Shown here one piece after another: positions 24,899-38,379 of a stretch of 64,000 bases of DNA. The translations under genes were made by a program, and so were the position numbers. Within the stretch, counting starts at the first letter, position 1. Each line of letters begins with the position of its first letter. The stretch lies in the NCBI GenBank assembly GCA_951406725.2, contig OX597839.1:23002001-23066000 (forward strand), read 5' to 3'. The DNA comes from Octopus vulgaris (taxonomy: Eukaryota). Under the pieces are notes generated by a model. The model saw only the letters and a list, made by a program, of their open reading frames with translations, did not search any database and was not told where the DNA came from.

Positions 24899-25766
24899 GG
24901 TTAATCCTTCAGTATTTAACCCTTTAGTGTTCAGATTATTCAATCAAACATAATGCTTATTGATTCCCATTGATTTGAATTAATCATGCATTATCTCATA
25001 TCTTCAAGATCTTGATGGTGCAATTACTTAATGTAGAATAACATTGTAGGGTAGGTGTGAGAGCCTGGATCTGGTCAGTTTGAACATAAAACAGATTAAC
25101 TATTTTGGCCGGATATGGCCGGTTTAAATACTAAAGGGTTAAACTGGCCGTAGCTAGCCCAAATATCGAACTTGTTCTATGTTCAAACTTGCCAGATTTG
25201 GTCTCTTATACCTACCCCACAATGCCATTTTAAAAATAAACAACTACCTCATCAAAATTTCAGAAGCTCTGAGATTATTTGAAAACAACGTGAATAAATA
25301 ACAATTACATTTGACAGTGTAACCAGAATGCTAAAGGGTTGAACCAGTCATACCCAGCCCAAATATTCCCCTGCTTGTTTTAGATTCAAACAACTCAAAT
25401 CCTGCCTCTCACACAAACCCTAGAATGTCATTTTAAAAGTAAACAATCAAGTCATTGAAATTTCAGAAGCTATGATATAATCCATGATTAATTCAAACAA
25501 TGGGAATATATAAGGATTACATATGACAGAATAATCTCAAAGCTTAAAGGGTTGAATCAGTCATATCCAACCCAAATATTCTTCTACCTGTTTTGTGTTC
25601 AAACTGACCAGATCCTGCCTCTCATGCCTACCCTACAATGTCATTCTAAAAATAAACAATTTCATCATAGAAATATCCAAGCTATGAGATAATCCATGAT
25701 TAATTGAAAATAATGTGAATAAGTAAGGGTTACATTTGACAGAATAATCTCAATGCTAAAGGGTTA
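24899..25766. mobile_element. Cluster of piggyBac-type MITEs: one plus copy (24917-25142) nested in a TTAA of three head-to-tail minus copies
   Basis: Repeated TAAAGGGTT(G/A)A ends at ~25142, 25342, 25555 and 25766. Confidence 0.8.
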
Positions 25767-27100
25767 ATGTCGTGATAATTATTTGATGTTGTTAATAAAC
25801 ATGAAGCAAATTTTTTGAGTTCAAATCTTGTCAACGTATATTGCATAGAGAAATCTAGTGAACAGGATCCATGGGTTTAACATGACTTGAGATGAACTTG
25901 ACATGTCCTTGGCATGACCTTGACATGACCTGACATTTGTCTAGTGATATTAGGTAAGAAGAAATGTGTTCCTTGAAAAATGATTCCTCTATATTTTTTG
26001 TTTTTTGCAATTATTGGCTGGAATGGCTTTAGTTATTACACCAACAACCTTGGACGAAGTCAGAAATAACAGACCTTCCTTATGTTAAGGATGTCCTCTT
26101 CTAGGACTTTGTGGTCATTCAACCTGCGAGAAATATCAGCCAAGTTTTCCTTCAAACCAAACCCTACCATCTTCAAGAAGAAGTTGACATTTAAGTCTAC
26201 ATTGGATAATATAACACTAGACATACAATGCCTGGATTTAAGACAGGGTGGTCATGGATGGAATGCATTTCATAGTAGGTGCTAGGCATGACTGCATGAT
26301 GAAAAAGTTCACTCTGCAGTCACATAGTTTCAGGATCAGTTCCACTGTGTAATACCTTGGGCAAGTGTCTTCTACTGTAGCCCCAGGCCAACCAAAACCA
26401 TGTGAATGAATTTGGTAGATGGAAATTGAAAGAAGCCCATCATGTGTGTGTGTGTGTAAGTTTGATTCTCCTTGTCTTGACCTTGTGTGGCAGTCGTAAA
26501 TGAGTGTCACTGTTATACAAGCAGTGTCATTCATTCCCATTCTTCCTCAAAAACACGTCTGGTCATGGGGAACCATCACCCTGCTTAGAAGCAGGTGTGG
26601 GTGGGTGACAGGAAGAGCATCCAGCTGTAGCAAAATAAAAAAAAATCTACCTCCACGAATTTCATGCAACTCAAGCCAACATGGTAAAGTGGACCTTAGT
26701 GGTGATGATGATGATGATGATGATGATGACGATAGTTGTACTCAGTGCTGACCTGCACCAGACAACAACAACAACAACACTTTAGAATGTTTCACAACAA
26801 CAGTATCAAGAGGAATTCCAAATAATCTTTCCATTTAGATGTGTAGCTGGGGGATAAGCTCCCCATATCAAATTCCATAACCTAAATATTAGTAAGCTAC
26901 ATTCTCTTAAATTAGGGGAATCAAGGCTTTTAATAAATGGTCTCATTTCATGCCACATTTTGCAAAATAAGACTTCTTTTTTTCTCTTTTCTTTTCCTCA
27001 GCCTGGCTCTAAATTTCCTCTTACAATTTGAATCGTATTCTGACGAGACGTGTCCCTTTTTTTCAATTTAAAATCTTTGATTATTTGTAAAACGATGTAA

Positions 27101-27149
27101 CAATGCCTTGTGAGTGGGTTTGGTAGACGGAAACTGAAAGAAGCCTGTC

Positions 27150-27197
<48 letters not shown>

Positions 27198-27400
27198 TTG
27201 TGTATGTCCCCCTAGCATTGCTTGACAACCGATGCTGGTGTGTTTACGTCCCTGTCACTTACCAGTTCGGCAAAAAGAGACCGATAGAATAAGTACTGGG
27301 CTTACAAAGAATAAGTCCCGGGGTCGAGTTGCTCGACTAAAAGGCGGTGCTCCAGCATGGCCGCAGTCAAATGACTGAAACAAGTAAAAAGAGAAAAAAA
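27101..27400 (+). mobile_element. 5'-truncated SINE-A
   Basis: Starts at CAATGCCTTGTGAGTGG; intact 3' part. Confidence 0.9.
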
Positions 27401-27586
27401 AAGAGAAAGAGAACAGATGAAGTATTTAATATGATGCCTTATGGGACATTGAACTTGAGAACCTGCTTTCAGAAAACAAATGAAACAAGGGATACAAATG
27501 TGATGGGAGCAAGGATCAGAGAAGATGAAGTCTGAAAGTCTCACCTAATCACAAACAAGCACAGAAATATACACAAAATCATGTCA

Positions 27587-28341
27587 TCTCTCTCTCTATA
27601 TAAACGGGAGTTTGTCTGTCTGTGTGTCTGTCAGGTTGTACCCTCACCCTGACCACGGCTTTCAACCGATTCTGATGAAACTTGACACACACATAGCCCA
27701 ATGTCATAATTCAAAACTAACGCAGCGAAAATTTTGAAAAGTTCCCCCAGTTCTGAAAATCATCGATAAATTCGACATGGGGTCGTCAATCAGAAACACA
27801 AACCACAGACTGTCTAGGGGACGCAACTCGAACTTTTTAACTAAAAAAAAAATTTACCATCGTTTTTTCCCCATTTTTTTGCTATTTTTTGGCTATAACT
27901 CTCTAAAAATGCTTATATAGTTATTTCTCTTACAAACCCGAGCAACGCCGGGCGATACTGCTAGTGTTATATAAACGGCAGTTTGTCTGTGTGTGTGTCT
28001 GTGTGTCTGTTTGCTTGTACCCTCACCCTGACCACGGCTTTCAACCGATTCTGATGAAACTTGACACACACATAGCCCAATGTCATAATTCAAAACTAAC
28101 GCAGCGAAAATTTTGAAAAGTTCCCCCAGTTCTGAAAATCATCGATAAATTCGACATGGGGTCGAGAATCAGAAACACAAACCACAGACTGTCTAGGGGA
28201 CGCAACTCGAACTTTTTAACTAAAAAAAAAATTTACCATCGTTTTTTTCCCATTTTTTTGCTATTTTTGGCTATAACTCTCTAAAAATGCTTTATAGTTA
28301 TTTCTCTTACAAACCCGAGCAACGCCAGGCGATACTGCTAG
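27587..28341 (+). mobile_element. Two head-to-tail non-autonomous Helitron copies (27587-27964, 27968-28341)
   Basis: 5' TC start; each ends CCCGAGCAACGCC(G/A)GGCGATACTGCTAG; near-identical ~375-bp units. Confidence 0.85.
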
Positions 28342-28391
28342 TAATATATAAGAGAAGAAAACAAAAACGGAGATTAGGAAATTGATAAGTT

Positions 28392-28624
28392 TATTATTAA
28401 CAACAAATTAATCATCTTCACTCACAGCTGTTTCAATTAATACTCAGTAAATATTAAATTGAGTCTGCTATAATGGATCCATAAACATATATAAAATAAA
28501 ACATCCAAGGGGGTATTTTTTCTTCTGAAGATATCATGCTCAGGTCCTATAAATATAAACTTAATATTTACTGAGTGTTAATTGAAGCAGCTGTAAGAAA
28601 TAATGATTAATTTGCTGTTAATAA
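28392..28624. mobile_element. Inverted-repeat element with degenerate hammerhead halves
   Basis: Arms 28392-28460 / 28558-28624; CTGAAGA at ~28525 and GAA(A/G)CAGCTGTA. Confidence 0.55.
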
Positions 28625-28754
28625 ACAGTCTCATTTAAGAAGATTTAAACTGTTGTTTGAAACAACAACAACAACAACAACAACAACTACTACTACTTCT
28701 ACGACTACAATAACAACAACAACAACAAAAACAGCAACAACAACAACCACAATA

Positions 28755-29115
28755 ATGGCAGTGCCAGGAGATCAACATATCATCATGAAAGAAATAGAAA
28801 AGGTTGATAAATATGGAGACCTGAGTATTGAGATTGCTAAGATGTGGCAGCTACGAGAGTCAAGCATAAAGGTTATATCCCTGTTGTCATCGGAGAATTG
28901 GGTTCAATACCACCAAATCTAAAGAAAGATCTGGAAGCCTTAGAAATACTCTACATTCTAGATGTGCTGCGAATGTCGGCATTACTTGGAATTGCACACT
29001 TATTGCACAAAGTACCGTCTGTCTGAGGTCCTTGGTGTGACTTGATAAGCAGTACAAACCCCCGACAGACACAATATCTTCAATATCTATAATAATAATA
29101 ATGATAATAATAATA
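28755..29115 (+). pseudogene. 5'-truncated, frameshifted RLE-type non-LTR retrotransposon (R4/Dong-like) C-terminus
   Basis: ..KEIEKVDKYGDLSIEIAKMW.. / IPVVIGELGSIP..SALLGIAHLLHKV; flanked by (AAC)n and (TAA)n. Confidence 0.85.
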
Positions 29116-29125
29116 CATATATTAC

Positions 29126-29167
<42 letters not shown>

Positions 29168-29469
29168 TTAATAAGGGTGAGAGAATTAGATACTAATTTA
29201 ATAGTATATTTATTCCACACCAAGTGGCCTAGTGCTACGAGAAACCTGGATTATTATAATATTTTATAACATATTATAATATTTTCACAAAATAAATATA
29301 AGAGAGTGGTCACTATATTGATCACTCTAGCACCAGTTAGTCCAAAAGGTTTCAACCACGAAAATACATGTTTCCCATGAAAGCCAGTACGACTGTTAGC
29401 TCACACGGACAGGGCAAATAAAAAATAACAAAAATACAGATTATTTTGGGACAATTGTTTCGCTATTAA

Positions 29470-29787
29470 TGAATATATATAAATATATATATATATATAT
29501 GTAATATATATATACATACATATATATATACATACATATATATATACATACATATATATACATATATATACATACATACATATATATACATATATATACA
29601 TACATATATATACATATATATACATACATATATATATATACATACATACATATATATACATACATACATATATATACATACATACATATATATATACATA
29701 CATACATATATATACATACATACATATATATACATACATACATATATATACATACATACATACATATATATACATACATACATATAT

Positions 29788-29844
<57 letters not shown>

Positions 29845-29845
29845 T
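29470..29845. repeat. (TA)n/(CATA)n microsatellite
   Basis: Directly visible. Confidence 0.95.
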
Positions 29846-30094
29846 GCATGCACATGTGTGTGTATGCTGGTATTACAGACAGCATGAAGGTGCATCCTTT
29901 TATGCCAAAAAAGGTGACTCTACCATTGAATAGAGATCAATGAAATAAGAACCAACTGAGGTTGATATGTTTGACTTGAAACCATCAAAGGTATTGCTCC
30001 AGCATGGCTGCAGTCCAATAAACGAAACAAGAGAAAAGTCACCAACATTAAAGAACATAATAAATAAAACAGCATTAAAAAATATTAAACAATG

Positions 30095-30508
30095 GGTGCA
30101 GGAATGGCTGTGTGGTAAGTAGCTTGCTAACCAACCACATGGTTCCGGGTTCAGTCCCACTGCGTGGCATCTTGGGCAAGTGTCTTCTGCTATAGCCCCG
30201 GGCCGACCAATGCCTTGTGAGTGGATTTGGTAGACGGAAACTGAAAGAAGCCTGTCGTATATATGTATATGTATGTATGTGTGTTTGTGTGTCTGTGTTT
30301 GTCCCCCTAGCATTGCTTGACAACCGATGCTGGTGTGTTTACGTCCCCGTCACTTAGCGGTTCGGCAAAAGAGACCGATAGAATAAGTACTGGGTTTACA
30401 AAGAATAAGTCCCGGGGTCGATTTGCTCGACTAAAGGCGGTGCTCCAGCATGGCCGCAGTCAAATGACTGAAACAAGTAAAAGAGTAAAAGAGTAAAGAG
30501 TAAGAGTA
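30095..30508 (+). mobile_element. Young full-length SINE-A with (AAAGAGT)n tail
   Basis: Nearly identical to copies at 23311-23720, 36480-36885, 37505-37906(-), 46172-46575, 46833-47224, 47435-47851(-), 52630-53045(-) and 56438-56860(-). Confidence 0.95.
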
Positions 30509-30520
30509 ATGAATAGTTAC

Positions 30521-30725
30521 CGGTCAACATGGACACAGACAAAAACGATCCCCAATAGGTTAGGCTGTCACCAAAGTCATCGCTATTATTATTCTTGTTA
30601 TTAACGATACTCCATTTGTTGTTAATTTTACGGCAATTTGTAACACAGCAGAAACAGTCAAATAATGACTTCTTCCATTTACTCTGTGGTGACTTTGATA
30701 TCTTCTTTCTTTTTCTTCTCTCCAT
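30521..30725 (-). CDS. Alternative first coding exon (MERRKRKKISKSPQSKWKKSLFDCFCCVTNCRK..YWGSFLSVSMLT)
   Basis: gtaaaATGG start context, 68 open codons, phase-1 donor CCG|gtaact, unique CpG-containing upstream region. Confidence 0.6.
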
Positions 30726-30899
30726 TTTACATCTAAATTCCCTTCCAAATTGGCACCGTATATATATATATATCGTTTCCAAATGTCCCTGTCTTTAAGC
30801 TTATGTTTATTTTGCTGTCACATTAATAAAATTCCAAAGGCCGTGTCTTCGCCCTCTGCCTTTCTTCTGGTGATTGTTACAAAACACTAAAGAGTGGCT

Positions 30900-31030
30900 T
30901 GACCGATTGACTGACCCTTCGACAAACTGACTTATTGAAGCAGTTATTAACTTTCACCGACGCCGACTCGACTCTCGGCCAAATAACAAACTCCCTCCTC
31001 CTCGGCCTGCAGCGCCACCTGTTGTTTAGC
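30900..31030 (-). promoter_or_regulatory. Candidate promoter: Inr-like TCAGTT/TCAGTC motifs and a CTCF-like site
   Basis: TCAGTT at 30930-30925, TCAGTC at 30914-30909; CAACAGGTGGCGCTG at 31024-31010; locally CpG-rich. Confidence 0.45.
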
Positions 31031-31469
31031 TTCGGTATAGAGTGTCAATGAATATTCATTGAAAGAAAAAAACAAAAATCAATTTCTAAAAAGAGACTTT
31101 ATAATCAATAAATGTCACATGATCCCCACTGAAACCAACAAGACTCGGGGTGGGGTGGGGGGATATTTTAAGAAACTTCTATAGATTCCACATGGTTTGG
31201 GCGATAAAAATTAGTCAGAAAAATCATTATTTTTGTTTAGTTTTATTTTTATAACGAGATGCCTTTTTGGTATTGATTGCCAATGCAGAACATTTGTAGA
31301 AATTGAAATAACTAAACTTTACTTAGAATTATATTTAGTTAAATAATACACCAAAAAATTATAAAAATAATAGTTAACACATGTTTCCTTGGGTTAGCAT
31401 GAGAAATTTCCAAACCAAACCAACCAACAAGCACAGGGCCAGCATCAGGACATTCAGAAAGCTAGACCA

Positions 31470-31740
31470 GCCCTTCAATGTGTACCCAACTTCTCTCAGA
31501 TCTTCAATATATACCCTACTTCTCTCAACCCTTCAATGTGTACCCCACTTCTCTCAGCCCTTCAATATGTACCCAACTTCTCTCAGATCTTCAATATGTA
31601 CCCTACTTCTCTCAACACTTCAATGTGTACCCCACTTCTCTCAGACATTCAGTATGTACCCCACTTCTCTCAGCCCTTTAATATGTACCCCATTTTTCTC
31701 AGCCCTTTAATATGTATCTCACTTTTCTCAGCCCTTCCCC
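31470..31740. repeat. 29-bp minisatellite (CCCTTCAATGTGTACCCCACTTCTCTCAG), ~9 copies, decaying to ~31885
   Basis: Directly visible. Confidence 0.95.
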
Positions 31741-32223
31741 TTTTCCCAGCCAAACAGTATGTGCCCTCATCTGCAAATTTCACAATTTGTACCCACTTCT
31801 CCTAGCCCTAAAATAGGTTCCCTGTCTTCCAGCCCTTCAATATGTACTGCTTTCTTGTAGCCCTACAAAGTATGCACCCTTCTCTAATTTTTCCAACCAC
31901 TTCCTCCTGCCATCCCCCACCTCATTACACCCCCAAAATCAGTCCCACCAAAATTATAATCAACTGACAATCAATAAATCTATAGTTTTCTTATGTGTGT
32001 CATTGAATAAATATGTTCATCTGGCAAATATCTGAAATGTTTCAAGTCAAATCATGTGACAGGTCATGTAACATCACATGACCCTCCTGTCTACCCCCCA
32101 CACTTACCCCAGTCTTCCATCCTCCTCTGTTACAGGACTGACCTCACCTACTCTGTTTTCATATTTTTGGTGGTTTCAGAAATATTGTCTCAGTTGTTCA
32201 AAGTTTGAGTGATTCCTCCAGTT

Positions 32224-32452
32224 TTAACCCTTTCGTTACCAACCCGGCTAGAAACCGGCTCTGACTCTGAGTACAAATGTCTTGTTTTCACAAGTTTTGA
32301 ATTAAAATCTTCCACCAAACCTTAGTCACAATTTATGTTCCTAACACTAGCTTAATGATAACTAAGTTATTTTACTAAATTCTTTGTTGTATTTAAAGTA
32401 ATTGAAAGAAACACAGAGCATCTCAACAGAAATACAGTAACAAAAGGGTTAA
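32224..32452. mobile_element. piggyBac-type MITE, second family
   Basis: TTAA|CCCTTTCGTTAC ... GTAACAAAAGGG|TTAA. Confidence 0.8.
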
Positions 32453-33492
32453 GCATCCAAAGAAATCACCAAACGTAGTAAGCTGACAGAATCATTCGCA
32501 CACCAGGCAAAATGCTCTGCAGTATGTCGTCTGCCTTCATGTTCCGAGTTCAAATTCTGCTGAGGTTGGACTTAGCCTTTTGTCCTTTCAGGATCGATAA
32601 AGTAAGCACCAGTTAAACACTGGGGTCAATGTAATTGACTTAACTACTCCTGGATCATCATCATCATCATCATCATTTAACGTCCGCTTTCCATGCTAGC
32701 ATGGGTTGGACGGTTCAACTGGGGTCTGGGGAGCCCGAAGGCTGCACCAGGCCAGTCAGATCTGGCAGTGTTTCTACAGCTGGATGCCCTTCCTAACACC
32801 AACCACTCCGAGAGTGTAGTGGGTGATTTTATGTGCCACCGACACAGGTGCCAGACGAGGCTGGCGAACGGCCACGCTCGATATGAGTATAAAAAAAAAA
32901 CCCCACCTGCACCCGTCTGCTGAACCATGTCAAGCCAGAGCGGCAGAGTAAGCTCATCAAACTAATACGATCTCAGGATGAAATCCGTGACCACCACATC
33001 AGACCGTGGTTAATGGAGAGAACATGCTGAGGCCTTTGTTTTACAGTAAACTAAACATGGATCTGCCTAGTTTGCCCAGCACTTAGCACTGGCCCTCGAC
33101 CAATACAATATCAAACCAGCAAGGGAACAACGGCTGGTAATAGTTTAACGAGAGAGTATAAAAATCATGAAATTAATCGCAATTTCAATTTCACAAATAT
33201 ATTTTCACTAATTAATTTGTGATTAAGACTTAAACTTTCTCTTTTGGTGCTGGTAAACCTCATGTTTGCGATTTAATAATTAAGAGGAATCCTGGAGTTA
33301 CGAGACATATTCAGGTTACATTTCACTTTACATAGGAACCAACAGAGCAATGGTCTGGTTAACAAGTTGGCATTGCAACCACATGGTTGATGAGGGAAGG
33401 GAAATTTTTGCTTGTTTCATTGGCCGGGTTTAATTTCAGGAAATGTGATGCACCCAAGCATGTGCACGACCATGCATACACACACACATACG

Positions 33493-33528
<36 letters not shown>

Positions 33529-35314
33529 TTATCAGGAACAGAAGAAAAATTCTTTATTAAAAAACAGTAACTAACATACATGCACTATGCATACTATATG
33601 TGTGTGTGAGTGCGTGTGTGTGCATGTGTGAGTGTGTGTGTGTTGCAGATAGTTTCTAATTACAAATAAATGCAAGTGAAGTTTGGCAGCAAAGAAAAAT
33701 AAAAGGCACAAGCATGGCCATGAGGTAAGAAGCTTGCTTCCCAACTACATGGCTTCAGGTTCAATCTCACACCACGGCACCTTGGGCAAGTGTCTTCTAC
33801 TACAGCTTTGCGCCGACCAAAGTGTTGTGAGAAGATTTGATAGACAGAAACTGAAAGAAGCTTGTTGTGTGCATTCATGTGTGTGTGTGTGTGTATTTGT
33901 CTTCCCACCACCACTGCTTGACAACTAGTGTTGGTTTGTTTACACAACTTAGCACTTCATCAAACAAGAGCAACAGAATAAGTACCATGCTTTAAAAAAT
34001 AAAGCAATGGGGTTGATTCGTTCAACTAAAAATTATTCAAGGTGGTGCCCCAGCATGGTCACAGTCTTATGACTAAAACAAGTGAGAGGATAATAGAATG
34101 CTCCGCCCATTCCTAAGAGCATTAATCAATGATACACGCCAAGTTCTGCTTCAATTTAATATTTCTTCATCGCATTCAAACAAAACGTTTCATAAACACA
34201 AACAATCCAGACATATTTTCACCAGAATTCTTTTTTGATTTCTTTTCACGAGAATCTTCAACATACGCCAGAATATACAACAGATTTTAATCTAAAGGCT
34301 TCGAAAAATTCCAACATAGAACATAAATTCTTTTCTTTCCAAGCATGGTATCCTACAGCTGCCAGACAAATACAACCTGCTCATTTACTATTCACAATAT
34401 ACCAGCTTTAATTAATCTGCAGAACAATAATAATTTAACAATCCAAACACATTGAAGCCATAAACACTAACAATAAATGACTAAAATAGTCAGGCGGAGT
34501 TTTGATAGCGAAGCACGCCATGAAACTGGCAGTAAATTTCATTTTCTTCTCTCATTACTTTCAAAAATTTCTTTAGATTTGTATATTTTCAACATGATAA
34601 TTATTATTTGAATGGATTTTTTTTTTTTCAAAATTTTCAATTTTTAAAATTTTACCACACCCTTTGATTTTTGAGTTTCAAAAAAATTCTTTTTTTATTT
34701 TTTATTTTACTGGGGTTTTTTTTCAATGTGTATATTTGGAAAAGGAGAAGGAGGCAAAGTAATTTTGCAGAAAAAATTTTTTTTTAAATTTCAAAATAAT
34801 TTTCATAATTGAAAATTTGAAAAAAACTACATATAATTTCGTTCATCCACACAGTGTGAGACAAATTACAGCAACTTCTTTCATTTAGTGCGTGTGCGTA
34901 TGTGTGAGTGTGTGTGTGTGCGTATGTGTGTGTGTGTGTGTGTGTGTAAAGATGAAGGCATTGCATTTTATTTTACATACAAATTATTGAAAAAAAAAAG
35001 CCTAAAAAAGAAGTTTTCTTTTTAAATATACAAACAGAGAAAAAAAATCAAGTTAAAAAAAAAATGAATGAGGTGAGGTGAAATTTTTAAACTAAAATTT
35101 TGAAAAAAAAAACTCTTAATTCTTCAAACTGAAACGTATAATTCTGAAGAAATTGTTGCAAAGTATGAAAAAGAAACAAATGAGAAAAAGCAAACGGCTG
35201 GTTGCATGGCGAGCTGCGATCAGAATTCCACCAACACGAAAACTAAGGACTGATTGATTAAGAACAAATTACTAGCCTGCAAGTCTATAGACGTGTTACT
35301 AATGAGTAAATTAG

Positions 35315-35640
35315 TGCAAGTGCATGACTGAGAGGTTAGGGTATTCAGCTCACATTCCTGAGGTTGTGAGTTCAATTTCTGGTGGTGCATTGTGTCTTTA
35401 AGCAAGACACTTCATTTCATATTGATCCAGTCTACTCAGTTGGTAAAAATGAGTTGTACCAGTAATTTAATGGAGCCAGCCTTGTTACATTTGGTGTGGC
35501 ATGATGAATCTCGCTGAGAACTACATTAAGGGTACACATGTCTGTGGAGTACTCAGCCACATGCACATTAATTTCACGAACAAGCTGTTCAGTTGATTGG
35601 ATCATCAGGAAGACTCGTCATTGTAAATAACAAAGTGCCT
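35315..35640 (+). mobile_element. SINE family C, diverged
   Basis: tRNA-like head plus shared tail GAGAACTACATTAAGGGTACACATGTCTGTGGAGT..; other copies at 43090-43355 and 52300-52620(-). Confidence 0.8.
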
Positions 35641-35980
35641 GTTTAATGAGTAAATTAATCTAAAGACAGATGACAGATGCCACATTCTAAACTGTTAACA
35701 ACAGAAGCCAGATATTTTCTGTTGGGTTACCATTTTTCTACAACAAGGACAACTTGAAAGATTCTTCATAAAAGAACAGGTGCAGGCATAGTCGTGTGGT
35801 AAGAATGATGCTTACCAAGAACATGATTCTGGGTTCAGTTCCACTGTGTGGCACACTGGACAAGTGACTTTTTTACTATAGCCTCAGCCGGACCAAAACC
35901 TTGTGAATGGATTTGGTAGATGGAAACTGAAAGAAGCCCGTCGTATATATGTGTGTGTGTGTGTCTATGTGTCTGTGTTT

Positions 35981-36298
35981 ATTATTTACATTGGATGGAT
36001 AGATGTCCTCACCTTAACATTTCAGCTGATGTACTCTCCAGCCTTCATCGGGTGTTCTGGTGGAATTTTGAACCCAACCCTTTATTTGACTAATGGGGTA
36101 CACTGTTCTCATTCCTGATGTTATTTTTCTGTTATTTTTCAAGTCCCTGTCAGGGATTGAACTTAAAATACCATCAGGACACCTGATGAAGGCCGGGGAG
36201 CACATCATCTGAAACGTTGTGATAACAACAAACAAGGGGACACCTATCCGTCCATTGTAAATAATGGACATAATTCCTCATCTCAAAAAGATAGAATA
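35981..36298 (+). mobile_element. PLE-like element with inverted arms and hammerhead motif (36178-36223), inserted in a SINE-A
   Basis: Arms 35981-36078 / 36152-36265; ACAC-CTGATGA-AGGC..GAAACGTT-GTG; apparent TSD GTGTCTGTGTT. Confidence 0.7.
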
Positions 36299-37184
36299 GT
36301 GTCTGTGTTGTCACCCATTACCATTTGGTGTGTTTATATCCCCATAACTTAGTGGTTTGGCAAAAGAGACCAATAGAATAAGAACTAGGGGGCTGATTCA
36401 CTCAACTAAAATCCTTCGAAGTGTTGCCCCAGCATGGCCATGATTGAAACAAGTAAAAGAAAGACCACAACAAAACTTGACAGGAGTGGCTGTGTGGTAA
36501 GTAGCTTGCTAACCAACCACATGGTTCCGGGTTCAGTCCCACTGCGTGGCATCTTGGGCAAGTGTCTTCTGCTATAGCCCCGGGCCGACCAATGCCTTGT
36601 GAGTGGATTTGGTAGACGGAAACTGAAAGAAGCCTGTCGTATATATGTATATATATATAAGTGTGTGTGTTTGTGTGTCTGTGTTTGTTCCCCTAGCATT
36701 GCTTGACAACCGATGCTGGTGTGTTTATATCCCCGTTACTTAGCGGTTCGGCAAAAAGAGACCGATAGAATAAGTACTGGGCTTACAAAAAGAATAAGTC
36801 CCGGGGTCGAGTTGCTCGACTAAAAGGCGGTGCTCCAGCATGGCCGCAGTCAAATGACTGAAACAAGTAAAAGAGTAAGAGAGTAAACAACATTCCCCCT
36901 TGTACAGAATCCCCCCCCCTCCACCAAAGTAGGCATTAATGATGGAAGCAACATTAAGGACGTTAGAAAACTCATCTCAACACAAACAAAATGAAAGTGA
37001 GTCAGAAACAACAGCCACTCCCTGGATGATGAATGGAAAAACCATCAGTAAAATGGAAAAGTGCAACTCTACTGTGATAATGTCATCGCAGACAAAGCAC
37101 CACTGCACCCCCCCACACACACACCTAATTTAATATGGCAGTAACACATGCTAACATCAACCATTTTATCTCATAGATGATACC

Positions 37185-37418
37185 TATTTCTTTATTACCC
37201 ACAAGGGGCTAAACACAGAGGGGACAAACAAGGACAGACTTAGGTATTAAGTCGATTACATCGACCCCAGTGCGTAACTGGTACTTAATTTATCGACCCC
37301 GAAAGGATGAAAGGCAAAGTCGACCTCGGCGGAATTTGAACTCAGAACGTAACGACAGGCGAAATACCGCTAAGCCTTTCGCCCGAGGTGCTAACGTCTC
37401 TGCCAGCTCGCCGCCTTG
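37185..37418 (-). mobile_element. SINE family B monomer
   Basis: 12-bp TSD ATAGATGATACC at 37173-37184 and 37419-37430. Confidence 0.9.
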
Positions 37419-38337
37419 ATAGATGATACCATAGAGGTCTACAAATGTTGACGGAAGCAGGACTTTACTGCTCGAAACAGAATCTAAGGAACTCAGAAAG
37501 AAATACTCGTTTACTCTTTACTTGTTTCAGTCATTTGACTGCGGCCATGCTGGAGCACCGCCTTTAGTCGAGCAAATCGACCCCGGGACTTATTCTTTAT
37601 AAGCCCAGTACTTATTCTATCGGTCTATTTTGCCGAACTGCTAAGTGACGGGGACGTAAACACACCAGCATCGGTTGTCAAGCAATGCTAGGGGGACAAA
37701 CACAGACACACAAACACACACATACATACATATATATATACATATATACGACAGGCTTCTTCAGTTTCCATCTACCAAATCCACTCACAAGGCATTGGTC
37801 GGCCCGAGGCTATAGCAGAAGACACTTGCCCAAGATGCCAAGCAGTGGGACTGAACCCGGAACCATGTGGTTGGTTAGCAAGCTACTTACCACACAGCCA
37901 CTCCTACGGAGAAAAAAATACAAACTTAAAGCAAAAATTCAAAAACTTAAGTCAGGTCTTCAAAATAATACACACACACTTGTTGGTACTTGGTGACCTT
38001 ACTGGTGTTGGGGTCACATAAAAAAGCACATCCAAGGAACAAATTCTGGTGTTCCATTTGGCTGCTTGTTTTAGCTTATTCTACTTACAGATATTCTGGT
38101 AAGCAGCACAACAGAAATATTTTCTATATTTTTTTTACTTGTTTCACCCTTTTGACTGAGGCCATGCTGGGGCATCACCATCAAGAATTTTCAGTTGAAC
38201 CAATACTTATTTCTTGTTTTTCTTTGTAAACCTAGTACTTATTCTATTGATCTTTTTTGCCAAACCACTGAGTTATGTAGACCAACACTGGTCCTCAAGT
38301 AATCACAGAAAAACACAAAGCCACATACACACACACA

Positions 38338-38379
<42 letters not shown>

